This document shows, piece after piece, positions 21,454 through 31,196 of a stretch of DNA of 64,000 nucleotides. The position numbers were made by a program, and so were the translations under genes. The notes under the pieces are model-generated. The model had not been told where the DNA came from and did no database searches. It saw only the letters and a list, made by a program, of their open reading frames with translations. Origin of the DNA: an uncultured Gammaproteobacteria bacterium (GTDB lineage: Bacteria; Patescibacteriota; Patescibacteriia; UBA9934; GWF2-40-263); assembly GCA_964399675.1 (NCBI GenBank), contig CAYNRK010000003.1:9033-73032 (forward strand). The letters are read 5' to 3'. Numbering within the stretch: the first letter of the stretch is position 1; every line of letters begins with the position of its first letter.

Positions 21454-22398
21454 ATGAAAAACTTGCTGTGCCTCGCGCTTATGGCGCTCGCCCTGATTTG
21501 GGGTAGCACAGCGAGTGCTACCTGCAAGTCATCCACCATCATCGAGGAGCTCGCAGAAGCCGAAAGCAAAGGCGAGACGGCTTTTGCAGACATGGATCTG
21601 GACGGTCTGCGTGCTCAGGCAAAGAAAGCTCGTGAGATCCTCGCGTGTCTTTCCGAGCCGGTCAATTCAAAGCACGCGGCTGCGTTCCATCGTCTGATGG
21701 CACTCGAAGCGTTCACACATCAGAACGACGATCGTGTGATCGCTGAGTTTCACGCAGCTCGTAAGCTCGATCCCGGCTACCAGTTCCCAGAGGATGTGGC
21801 TGGTGAAGACCATCCGGTTCGCGAGCTCTACAAACGAGCCGCAACAGCCGAAGACGGTGAGCTGCAAACGGTCTACCCACCCAAGGGTGGGTACGCAACC
21901 GTTGGTGGTGTGCGTGGTGCTCCGCGTCCGGAAAAGACGCCGGTCATCATCCAGGTCTTTACCAAGCGTGGAAAGATCAAGGGGACGCACTACATCGAGT
22001 CAGGCAAGTCGCTTGGCAAACTCGGTAAGCCTCCGGTCAAGCTTGTGGCCAAGGTCATCCCACCTTTGCCACCGGAAGGCTGGGCAAAGCCGAATCGTTG
22101 GTACTACACTGCAGCAGCTTCGGCTGCTCTGGCTGGAGTTCTCTACGCTGCGGCACTTCAGCAGAAGTCGGAATTCGAAGACACAAGCGGGACTGACACT
22201 GCGTCGTCCGACAAGGACCTTGCAGGCTACAAGTCGCGCGCAAACGGATTGGGCTACGCTTCTGTAGCTCTTGGCAGCTTGGGTGTCATTGCCACTGGCA
22301 TTGGCTTTACCTTGCAGCTCAACTTCAGCGGAGACGAGAAGGCCACAAAGGTCTCGTTCACCCCAAGCATGGGCAGGGGGTTTGCCAATGTTCGATGA
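21454..22398 (+). CDS. Secreted/membrane hypothetical protein (signal peptide, helical TPR-like region, C-terminal hydrophobic helices)
   Basis: GGGAG SD; MKNLLCLALMALALIWGSTASA signal peptide; overlaps the kinase start. Confidence 0.7.
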   Translation: MKNLLCLALMALALIWGSTASATCKSSTIIEELAEAESKGETAFADMDLDGLRAQAKKAREILACLSEPVNSKHAAAFHRLMALEAFTHQNDDRVIAEFHAARKLDPGYQFPEDVAGEDHPVRELYKRAATAEDGELQTVYPPKGGYATVGGVRGAPRPEKTPVIIQVFTKRGKIKGTHYIESGKSLGKLGKPPVKLVAKVIPPLPPEGWAKPNRWYYTAAASAALAGVLYAAALQQKSEFEDTSGTDTASSDKDLAGYKSRANGLGYASVALGSLGVIATGIGFTLQLNFSGDEKATKVSFTPSMGRGFANVR

Positions 22399-24265
22399 TC
22401 CAGAAGTCCTGATGGGCATGATCCGAGCTCATGGTCGCTTTGAGCCGATCAAGATGGTTGGCGAAGGCGGAATGGGTACCGTGGTCAAGGTTCGCGATCC
22501 TCGCCTGAGGGCAATTCGTGCCATGAAGGTGATCAATCCGGACATGGCTGATCACGATCTGGTCAAGCGTCGGTTTGAGGCTGAGGCAGCCTTGACCGAC
22601 AAGGTGACACATCCCAATATCGTGCGCGTGTACGACATTGGTGAGCTCACACATCCTGACACCGGGATCGAGTTCTTGTACATTGTCATCGAATGGGTCG
22701 ATGGTGGTTCGCTTGCGGATCACATCGAGGCGTTTGGGGCAATGCCGGAACAACAGGCTCTTGCGGTCACGATCGCGATCCTGAATGGGCTCGGGTGTGC
22801 GCACGAAGCCGGTGTTATTCATCGCGACATCAAGCCGGACAACATCCTGCTTACTTCAGGGGAGGTCTCCAAGATCGCGGACTTTGGCATTGCTCAAGGT
22901 CAGGACGCTACTCACAAAACCCGGTCTGGTATCGCACTAGGAACCATTGGGTTCATGCCTCCTGAGCAGATGATCGACGCAGCTTCTGTGGACGCTCGCG
23001 CTGATCTCTACGCCGTAGGGATGACTCTGTGGAACATGCTTAGCGGCAAAAGGCCGCCGAGCGATAATCTGGTCTGGTATCTCAATTTCCTGAGCGAAGC
23101 TTGGGTCATGGAGGGAATCGATCACCAGCTGGTTGCAGTCCTCAAAAGGGCCTGTGCAGAAAAGCCGGCGGGTCGATACCAGAGCTGTGCAGAGCTTGTC
23201 CAGGTTCTCACACAAGCGCTTGGCTCGTTCGGCGCACTCAGTCAAGGCACCCCTCTTCTGGGCAGCATGCCTGAGATGGTGGTCGAGGCAACCGGCCTTG
23301 TTCCAGGTGTGGCCAGGATGGTGGCTGCAATCGATGCGGTTGATGACGACCTGCCGTTTGAGCCACCTGCTGGTTCGGTCAGGCTTCAGCCTTCAGGGGG
23401 ACAGGTCGACGCCACTGTTCGGAATCCTGCCACTGAGATAGCTGGATCCCCACCTCTTCTTGTCAGCAGCACACCTCCACCGAGCGTGAGTTCTCAGCCT
23501 AGTGTGCGCGCAGCAACAGATCCGCACAGGGATCTTGCGTACGCACACACCCACGTGGCTTCAGCAGACAGCGTGCCCAGCACTGGAACGCTTGCAGAAG
23601 CTGCTGGTGAGACCATTCGCAATGGTGACCTCGATGTGCCAGGCTCTGTCACCAAGGGGCGACGTTCAGCCGGAATCCTGGCTGTGGCAGCGCTTGCGCT
23701 GCTTGGTGGCCTGGCTTCGCTCGCGGTCTTCGGTATTCCGCGGCTCACCAGCGAGTCACCTGGACATGCTGCTACTCAGACTGATCCGCAGGTGACTCAG
23801 CCAACCGCGCCGGTTGCTCGTGCAGTCATCACACCACAGCCGGCAACACCTCTCGAAGAGGTGCCAAAGCCTGAGCGTCCATCAGTTGCATCTGGGTACG
23901 GTGCAAAGGTGGCGAGTGGCAAAGCACCAGAGATCAGTGTGGGGCCAAAGGAAGAGGTTCCCAAGCCTGCTTCAAAGGCAAAGAAGAAGGCCAGGAAGAA
24001 GCGCAAGAAGCGCAAAAAGGCCAAGGCAGCTGTTGAGGCAAAGGTCCGTGTTGGACTCAAGCTTCCAGCAAATGACCCGGCCAAGGTCTGGTTGGTTGGC
24101 AAAGCTGGTACGTCCAAGTTGCCGGCCAAGGTGCCTCCTGGCACTTACAAGGTCAAGGCCAAGTTCAAGGATCGGCCACCCAAGGTGGTCATCTCCTCAT
24201 ACACGGTTCAGGCCGGCAGCACGCCGCGCCTGAAGTGCTCATCCTCGTTTGCACGCTGCAAGTGA
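22388..24265 (+). CDS. Hanks-type Ser/Thr protein kinase with TM and small extracytoplasmic domain
   Basis: VGEGGMGTV, AMK, HRDIKPDN, DFG, GTIGFMPPEQ, DLYAVG; TM ILAVAALALLGGL. Confidence 0.93.
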   Translation: MFDDPEVLMGMIRAHGRFEPIKMVGEGGMGTVVKVRDPRLRAIRAMKVINPDMADHDLVKRRFEAEAALTDKVTHPNIVRVYDIGELTHPDTGIEFLYIVIEWVDGGSLADHIEAFGAMPEQQALAVTIAILNGLGCAHEAGVIHRDIKPDNILLTSGEVSKIADFGIAQGQDATHKTRSGIALGTIGFMPPEQMIDAASVDARADLYAVGMTLWNMLSGKRPPSDNLVWYLNFLSEAWVMEGIDHQLVAVLKRACAEKPAGRYQSCAELVQVLTQALGSFGALSQGTPLLGSMPEMVVEATGLVPGVARMVAAIDAVDDDLPFEPPAGSVRLQPSGGQVDATVRNPATEIAGSPPLLVSSTPPPSVSSQPSVRAATDPHRDLAYAHTHVASADSVPSTGTLAEAAGETIRNGDLDVPGSVTKGRRSAGILAVAALALLGGLASLAVFGIPRLTSESPGHAATQTDPQVTQPTAPVARAVITPQPATPLEEVPKPERPSVASGYGAKVASGKAPEISVGPKEEVPKPASKAKKKARKKRKKRKKAKAAVEAKVRVGLKLPANDPAKVWLVGKAGTSKLPAKVPPGTYKVKAKFKDRPPKVVISSYTVQAGSTPRLKCSSSFARCK

Positions 24266-24284
24266 GAGATCGGGCACAACTCTC

Positions 24285-24307
24285 AGCGAGACTTCGGTCT
24301 CGCTTTT
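24285..24307 (+). terminator. Intrinsic terminator
   Basis: AGCGAGAC-TTCG-GTCTCGCT-TTT. Confidence 0.75.
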
Positions 24308-24385
24308 CAATTACCCTCCGTCGCCCTTTGGGCTTTGATGGGCAAGCTTCACTTTTTTTGAGAAATCGGGCAATATAGGGGGCGT

Positions 24386-25645
24386 ATGATTGATTTAAAA
24401 CTTATTCTTGAGCAACCAGAAATGGTTGAAACTAATAACAAAAATAGAGGTATTGAGCTTGATGTTCAATCTGCTGTTAAGCTTGCAAAAAAACGATCTG
24501 TGCAAATGGAAGAGGTTCAGGTGCTTCGAACTCAAGCTAATGAGATTGCAGGACAAACTTCCAAAGCAAGCGATTCAGATCGCCCAGAACTTGTTAAAAA
24601 AGGAAAAGCGCTCAAGGCAGAGATTAAAATCGCTGAGACAGCACTTTCCAAAGTTGAAGAGGCTTTGAACAACGAACTTCTAAAATACCCAAACGTTTTG
24701 CGTGAGGATGTGCCAATTGGTAGGGATGAGTCAGTTAATGAGGTTATTGAAACTGTTGGCAAACCAACAGAACTTTCTTTTGAACCAAAAGATCATTTGG
24801 AACTTGGCGAGGCATTGGGAATTATTGATATGGAGCGTGCAGCAAAAGTTTCTGGAGCTCGGTTTGTGTATCTTAAAGGCGACGCTGTGCTGTTAGAGTT
24901 TGCGCTTGTTAATCTTGCGCTTGAAATTGCTACAAAGCATGGTTTTGTTCCTGTTATTCCTCCGCATCTTATTTCAACAAAAGCAATGGGTGCTATGGGA
25001 TATTTGGCACATGGTGGGGAAGAGGAGATCTATCATTTGAAAAACGATGACGCAGTGCTTATTGGAACGTCCGAGCAGGTGATTGGTCCAATGCATATGG
25101 ATGAAATTCTTGATGAAAAAAAGTTACCGCTTCGTTATGTTGGTTTTTCACCGTGTTATCGTCGTGAAGCTGGAAGTTATGGAAAAGATACGCGCGGTAT
25201 TTTGCGCATGCACCAATTTGATAAAGTGGAAATGTTTAGTTTTACTTCACCTGAAAAATCTGATGAAGAGCATGAGCTAATATTGTCTGTTCAAAAAGAA
25301 CTTATGGATGAACTAAAGCTTCCATATCAAGTTGTAAGACTAAGTTCTGGTGATACCGGTGCTCCGTCGGCTCGAACATATGATATTGAAACCTGGATTC
25401 CATCTCAAAAAACTTATCGAGAAACTCATTCAACTTCTAATACAACAGATTTTCAAACACGACGTCTTGGTACACGTATTAAGAAAAAAGGAAAAAACGA
25501 ATTTGCACATGCGCTTAATGGAACAGCTTTTGCAATTGGCAGAACATTGATTGCAATTCTTGAAAACAATCAACAAGAAGATGGTTCGGTTTTAGTGCCA
25601 GAGGTTTTGCAAAAGTGGATAGGAAAAGACAAGTTAGTTTCATGA
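24386..25645 (+). CDS. serS: Serine--tRNA ligase
   Basis: GTSEQ, CYRREAGSYGKDTRGILRMHQFDKVE, HALNGTAFAIGR. Confidence 0.98.
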   Translation: MIDLKLILEQPEMVETNNKNRGIELDVQSAVKLAKKRSVQMEEVQVLRTQANEIAGQTSKASDSDRPELVKKGKALKAEIKIAETALSKVEEALNNELLKYPNVLREDVPIGRDESVNEVIETVGKPTELSFEPKDHLELGEALGIIDMERAAKVSGARFVYLKGDAVLLEFALVNLALEIATKHGFVPVIPPHLISTKAMGAMGYLAHGGEEEIYHLKNDDAVLIGTSEQVIGPMHMDEILDEKKLPLRYVGFSPCYRREAGSYGKDTRGILRMHQFDKVEMFSFTSPEKSDEEHELILSVQKELMDELKLPYQVVRLSSGDTGAPSARTYDIETWIPSQKTYRETHSTSNTTDFQTRRLGTRIKKKGKNEFAHALNGTAFAIGRTLIAILENNQQEDGSVLVPEVLQKWIGKDKLVS

Positions 25646-26136
25646 TGTTATACACACAATTATTTCCGGATTTTGGCGGACAAAAAAACAAACTAAGTTC
25701 AGCTAAAAAAAGGTATGACAAAACTTGTCATGTCGAAATGACATAAACAAAAAAATCGCTAAAATTAGCCAAAAATCACTTGACTTTCAAGTGATTTTTT
25801 GATGTCCTGAAATTAGACAGGAGGAAAAAAGCTTGTCGCCGGCCAAAAACACCTGTCATGTGCGAGGGGAAATCGCATGGCAAATAAGAACGATTTTTCT
25901 TCGGCATCGTGGATGTTTGGCTGATAAGGACTATGTCCTAAGTGGGACTCACTTGGAAGGGAGCAACCTGTGAGTCAATCCCGCATTTTTTACGAAGGTG
26001 CGGGGTCAACCACGTCGCTCGCGAGCGACGTGGTCAACCCCACTCGGATCGGTGCGCACAGGCCTAGTGCACCGTCCGAGGTGGTTGACCAAAAAGGTCA
26101 GTCTGGCTCGATTGTACCTTACAACAGGAGAGAGGC

Positions 26137-28125
26137 ATGAACACGCTCAGAATTCGGTTTTTCTTTTACTTCCTCTGTGCTCAGGCCTTCTTGGCGTTTG
26201 TGATGATCATGATGGCCTGCACAGAGTCGGTGGATGTCTCCTCAAGAGAGCATTCATTCGAAGGTGGTGGTGTCTACAGGACAACGATCCATCTTCCCGG
26301 TTCGCCAGCAGTGGAGCTTCAGTGCGTGCAAGGTGTTGGCGGTTCCTACTCGCACACTTCTCGATCGACCTACTACGATATCGATCTTGACACCTCGAAC
26401 ATCCGTGATGAGAGCGTGTACGCGCCGGCTGATGGGATCGCTTTCGTTCATATGCACAACTCGCATATGAACTTTGGAAAGCATGTGAACATTGACCTGG
26501 GCGATGGCACGTACGTGGTGATTGCGCACATGTCAAAGATCGTGGTCTCTGACAACGCTGAAGTGGCAACCGGACAGCTACTAGGGCTTGAAGGATGCAC
26601 TGGATCCTGCACAGGCGATCACATTCATGTCGGTCTTCACAGAGGGAATGCGGCTCAACCTGCGCAGTATGGTGAGTCTGTTCCTGTTCGATACCATGTA
26701 GCGGATAACACAGAGCCGCGCGGACACAAGCCGCTTGATGTTGAAGAGACGGTCTGTGGTCTCCGAGCATTCGGAGACAACCAAAACGGGCAGTTCTATA
26801 CCTCTGCACTTGACGTAACGCTTTTCCATCCAAACGGCACGCTTGTGAAGACGTCAAACAACGCACGTGTGTATCTCATTGACAACGGTCAATTGCGACA
26901 CATTGCAAACGAACGAACGTTTCACTCATACGGCTACAGTTTCATGGACGTTGCCATCATTTCAGATGAAGAACGCTCATGTTACCCCGAGGGTCCCGTG
27001 CTTGACCTTGTGGGTATGGTGGATGCTGTTACGGATGACAACGATCAGATTTGGCTACTGGTTGGTCCAAGGCAAAGGAGCGACCGGTATCGTATCCGCG
27101 TCAGAAACGAAGCGTTTGAGCAGGTGCTTGAGTCCTGGGGAGTCAACGTTGGTCTTCAAGGACCTCGACAGGTTCGCTCAAATGCACGCGAGCTTGCTCA
27201 GTGGCCTGTGAGATCCGGAACAGCTCGATTCCGAGATGGAAGTCTTGTCAGAGAGCAAGATCGTTCGGATGTCTATCTGATCTCAGACTCTGTTGCGCTT
27301 CCGATTGCGAACTGGCAGACGTATCTGCGTCTTGGGTTTTACGATCGACAAGTGCTCATGGTTGGAAACGGTGAGCTAGCACAGGTTCAGCGAGCAGCTG
27401 GCAATTGCCTGGTGGGCAGCAACTGCTTGGACGGATACAACATCAGTGTGTGCGGAAACGACTTGAGGCTGGATCTCAGGCATGAGTCAGACACCAGCGG
27501 CGATCTACAAGTTGCTGGATTTCGTGAAAACGAAAACGAGGAACACAATGGCGAAAAAGAAGAGCAAGAAGGTGATGGGGAGAGTGAGGAGGAGGTGGTT
27601 GCAGGTACCACTCTGGACGAAAGCGAGGATGAAGAACGTGAGATTGAAGCAGGTGTAACTCCTCTTTGCAACGGCCAGGACGCATGCCTACACGACAACG
27701 ACGGTGATGACAAGGCCGAGTTCCTTCTGATGCGAAATCATCAGTGGTTGAATCCGGACTTGCACGATGAGTTCGCGGTTGTTTACGGCAACGGAGGTTG
27801 CTTTAACAATCGTTTCGAGCCAGGTGACGTTTTCTATCCAAGAGACGGTTACTACTGGATCGATTTCACTGTCTTTGACAGACCGTGCAGCAGTGAGCTC
27901 ACACTCATCTCTGTGGTCGGCACTGACGGCGAAGATCCACGTCCTTCAATGGACAACTGGTACTGGTGGCAGAATGCACCGTTCTGTTCGCAAGGCTCCA
28001 TGCTTTGCAATCTCATGAACAACGGTGTGCCATGGGAAGAGTGGTTGGTTTCGGTTGCCTGGCATCCGGATCAAGGCCTCTTGCCAAACGGCAACGGCTT
28101 CACACGAAATACTCAGCTTCACTGA
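26137..28125 (+). CDS. M23 family peptidase with two repeated accessory domains and an acidic linker
   Basis: H..YDID, VYAPADG, HM, GSCTGDHIH; repeats GTLVK..VYLIDNG..R.I / GSLVR..VYLISD; AGGAG SD. Confidence 0.8.
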   Translation: MNTLRIRFFFYFLCAQAFLAFVMIMMACTESVDVSSREHSFEGGGVYRTTIHLPGSPAVELQCVQGVGGSYSHTSRSTYYDIDLDTSNIRDESVYAPADGIAFVHMHNSHMNFGKHVNIDLGDGTYVVIAHMSKIVVSDNAEVATGQLLGLEGCTGSCTGDHIHVGLHRGNAAQPAQYGESVPVRYHVADNTEPRGHKPLDVEETVCGLRAFGDNQNGQFYTSALDVTLFHPNGTLVKTSNNARVYLIDNGQLRHIANERTFHSYGYSFMDVAIISDEERSCYPEGPVLDLVGMVDAVTDDNDQIWLLVGPRQRSDRYRIRVRNEAFEQVLESWGVNVGLQGPRQVRSNARELAQWPVRSGTARFRDGSLVREQDRSDVYLISDSVALPIANWQTYLRLGFYDRQVLMVGNGELAQVQRAAGNCLVGSNCLDGYNISVCGNDLRLDLRHESDTSGDLQVAGFRENENEEHNGEKEEQEGDGESEEEVVAGTTLDESEDEEREIEAGVTPLCNGQDACLHDNDGDDKAEFLLMRNHQWLNPDLHDEFAVVYGNGGCFNNRFEPGDVFYPRDGYYWIDFTVFDRPCSSELTLISVVGTDGEDPRPSMDNWYWWQNAPFCSQGSMLCNLMNNGVPWEEWLVSVAWHPDQGLLPNGNGFTRNTQLH

Positions 28126-28135
28126 GTTTCGTCTC

Positions 28136-28163
28136 GCTGGACTCGGTAACTTGTCCAGCTTTT
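28136..28163 (+). terminator. Intrinsic terminator
   Basis: GCTGGAC-N-GTCCAGC-TTTT directly after the M23 stop codon. Confidence 0.6.
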
Positions 28164-28229
28164 CTATTTAAAAAACATCCCCAATTTTTCTGCATATCCG
28201 AAAGGATTTATGATATAATTTCAACGGTT

Positions 28230-31163
28230 ATGCAAAACCTTTTTTTCCGTTTGATTGAAACGCTTTTGTTGTTATCTAAGCGTTTGAAATCGTTTACAAA
28301 CCGCAAGAGGAAACAAGCGGGAATTTTTGGTTTAATTACCTTTGTCGGTGTGTTTGTTGCAGCAAGGCCGGTGTTTGCTCAAACATCTGAGCCAGGTGTA
28401 TTGGCTTGGTTTTTTGAATTAATTGGAAATCTAGCCATTGCAATTGCAGGATTCCTTTCTCAAATGGTTGTCGCAATTATAAACGCGATCATACCGGTCA
28501 TGCTTTACAATGATTTCTCAAACAACCCAATTGTAAGTGCTGGTTGGGCAATTATGAGAGACACTGTGAACATGTTCTTTGTTATCATTCTTATCATTGT
28601 TGCTTTTGGAACTATTTTTGGACACTCTCGTTTTCAGTGGCAGCAGCAGATTCCAAAGCTCATGATCTTTGCGATTGTTATCAATTTTTCAAAAACACTT
28701 TGTGGACTCATGATTGATTTTGGACAGATCATCATGCTTACGTTTGCAAATGCACTTCAGGAAATTGCTGCCGGTAACTTTATACAACTTCTCGGACTAG
28801 GTGATATTTATTCAGTTAGTACTGCAACAGACAAAATGCAGAACCAAGGTGGTACAAGTGCATTTGACTGGATGGCAGCAGGCCTTGGTGCTGCATTTAT
28901 TATGTTGATAGTTTTTGTAACCATGGTGCTTTTGCTTGTGATTTTGTTGTATCGCATTGTGATGCTTTGGATTATGATCGTGCTTGCACCTCTTGCCTGG
29001 TTTGTTGGTGGGGCTGGTGGGGCAAATGGGATTGTGCGGTCCAATGCATATGCACAATGGTGGGAACGATTTAAGTGCTTGGTTGCAATTGGTCCTGTTC
29101 TTACGTTTTTTTTATGGCTAACTCTTGCTGTTGCCGGTGCCGGTAATGTTGCGCGCTCGACCGGTTTTAATGTTGGGTCTCCAACAGGGATTAAAAATCC
29201 ATCCGCCATTCTCTCTACAATTTTTGAGCTTGACAGATTTATTAGTTTTATAATTGGAATTGCCATGATCTACGCAGGTTTTGAAGCAGCTCAGCAGTTG
29301 TGTTCTTCAATGTCCGGATCGTTTTTGGGTAAGCAGCTTTCAGGCAAGTCACCGTTTAAAGCACCTGTTGTTAGGGGTGCTGCTGGAGCTGGTGCAAAAG
29401 TTGGTGCATGGGGTGCAAGACAGGCGTATAGACCAATTGGCGCTGCTGGCCGCGGTGTTCGACGTTCATTAGGTGCTGCTCTTGATCAAAAACAAAGCAC
29501 AGGGGGTCGTTGGAAATATACAAAACCATTTACAAGAAAAGGACGTGCTGATATTGCAAGAGCAGCAGTTGGTAAAGCACCAAAACCACTTCAGAAATTA
29601 ATTGCACCTGTTGTGCAAGGATATGCAACTGGTCAAGAACAAAAAACACGCGATGATGTTGCAAAAGCCGCAGAAAAATACAAAGACAGAGACAAATCAG
29701 TTAAGGTTGATCAATTGGAACGATTTGCTGAAGGTGGTGCCAGTACACTTACAGGCGGAAAGAATGAAGCAATGGGTCTTATGATGGAGGCTATGGGTGA
29801 TAAGGAAATGATGAAGCAGCTTAGGGCTTCGGGCGCTGGTGAAAAACTTTGGGAAGAAAACGGAGAGGATCTTAAGCGTGTATATGCCAGCGATTCAGCG
29901 TCAATGGATAAGATTGAAAAGTTTGAAAAAGAAAATGCTGATATAACCGGAGCAACTCATCTTATTAATGACGAACAAGATGTTCGCGATCTTTCAGATC
30001 AGGCTGTGGCAGATGGTGATGTAAGAGCAGCTATGAGAAGTAAGCAGATGAGGTATAAGGGTCAAGTGATGAATATGGAAGATGCTGCAGAGCAAGGTGC
30101 TTTCGGTGCTCGCAAACAAGCGATTGTACAAGAAGCAATGGCTGGTGGTAGTGGTAAAGGAGCTTTGTATGATCGCATGAGCAACAGAGAATTATCAAGA
30201 GTATCAACAGAGGCCCTTCTTTCAAGTGCTTCAGTTGCGACTCTTGCACGTGCGATGAAAGTAGCTACCCAACAAGGCAATGCCGGTCGTGCAGATGCGC
30301 TAAGCGCCGGTATTGCATCGGGTTCTACAGGCGCAGATTCAAATATGCAAATGGCAGACGGAAGAGATGCATTAGAGAGTGCTCAGTGGTCGTTCGAAGA
30401 TGTTCTTGCTGATGAAAGTGTTCCAGATACAGATCGAGCAAGAGTAGAGGACGTAGCCGGTCGTAATGCCGAACGATTGGAGGCTGCACAACAGACAAGT
30501 GCACCAATACTTGGCGAACATCCTGATCAATATGCTGATTCTGTTGTTTTGGCAGAAGAGGAAAGAACAACGCAATTGGTGGGTTATGATGCAATTCAGC
30601 CAATGAGCGCAGCTGCAATCGGGCAGAAATATGTTAAACGAGCCGGATTTGCTGATCAAAGTCAAGAAGAGGTTGGAAGAGCATTGCATGCGGCAGGAAA
30701 CACTGCAGATGCTGTTGATCAAGAAGCAGAAGGACAAAAGAAAGAGATTGCAGAAGCATCACCTGATATGAATCCTATTCTAACTGAATTTCAAAGATTA
30801 ACTGAGGAAATTGGAGGTCTTAGAGAATCGATCGAGACGCAGGTAGAGTCAGAGATGGCGCCAGAGACACAACAACTGGATGCGATTCAAAACCAACTTG
30901 CTTCTAGTGCTTTGGAGGGAGACCAAAGAGAAAAATATAAGATACAAGCCAAGGAAATAGCCAAGGCAATTAATCAGCGACGCTCTGAAGTTACTGATGG
31001 GACACAAATTATGAATTTAATGCGTCAGAAAGCTGCTTTGCAGATTCCTCCTGAACACAAAGATCTTACAGCCAGGATTGTGAAAACAAGTCAGGATAGG
31101 AGGGTTGCCCAAGCTACTGGTGCTGCACTTGAAGATGTTGGAAGAAAAAAGCGTGAAACATGA
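28230..31163 (+). CDS. VirB6/TrbL-like polytopic membrane protein with long C-terminal soluble/coiled-coil region
   Basis: GW.IMRD..NMFF, LMIFAIVINFS, RIVMLWIMIVLAPLAW, W..RF; precedes prgI/virB4. Confidence 0.7.
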   Translation: MQNLFFRLIETLLLLSKRLKSFTNRKRKQAGIFGLITFVGVFVAARPVFAQTSEPGVLAWFFELIGNLAIAIAGFLSQMVVAIINAIIPVMLYNDFSNNPIVSAGWAIMRDTVNMFFVIILIIVAFGTIFGHSRFQWQQQIPKLMIFAIVINFSKTLCGLMIDFGQIIMLTFANALQEIAAGNFIQLLGLGDIYSVSTATDKMQNQGGTSAFDWMAAGLGAAFIMLIVFVTMVLLLVILLYRIVMLWIMIVLAPLAWFVGGAGGANGIVRSNAYAQWWERFKCLVAIGPVLTFFLWLTLAVAGAGNVARSTGFNVGSPTGIKNPSAILSTIFELDRFISFIIGIAMIYAGFEAAQQLCSSMSGSFLGKQLSGKSPFKAPVVRGAAGAGAKVGAWGARQAYRPIGAAGRGVRRSLGAALDQKQSTGGRWKYTKPFTRKGRADIARAAVGKAPKPLQKLIAPVVQGYATGQEQKTRDDVAKAAEKYKDRDKSVKVDQLERFAEGGASTLTGGKNEAMGLMMEAMGDKEMMKQLRASGAGEKLWEENGEDLKRVYASDSASMDKIEKFEKENADITGATHLINDEQDVRDLSDQAVADGDVRAAMRSKQMRYKGQVMNMEDAAEQGAFGARKQAIVQEAMAGGSGKGALYDRMSNRELSRVSTEALLSSASVATLARAMKVATQQGNAGRADALSAGIASGSTGADSNMQMADGRDALESAQWSFEDVLADESVPDTDRARVEDVAGRNAERLEAAQQTSAPILGEHPDQYADSVVLAEEERTTQLVGYDAIQPMSAAAIGQKYVKRAGFADQSQEEVGRALHAAGNTADAVDQEAEGQKKEIAEASPDMNPILTEFQRLTEEIGGLRESIETQVESEMAPETQQLDAIQNQLASSALEGDQREKYKIQAKEIAKAINQRRSEVTDGTQIMNLMRQKAALQIPPEHKDLTARIVKTSQDRRVAQATGAALEDVGRKKRET

Positions 31164-31196
31164 TTGAAAGAAAGTTATGCAACTTAAAAAATCAAC

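Noticed and set aside
27966-28229. N-terminal extension of the VirB6-like ORF
   Set aside because: Overlaps the M23 gene and its terminator; ATG 28230 or later is more plausible
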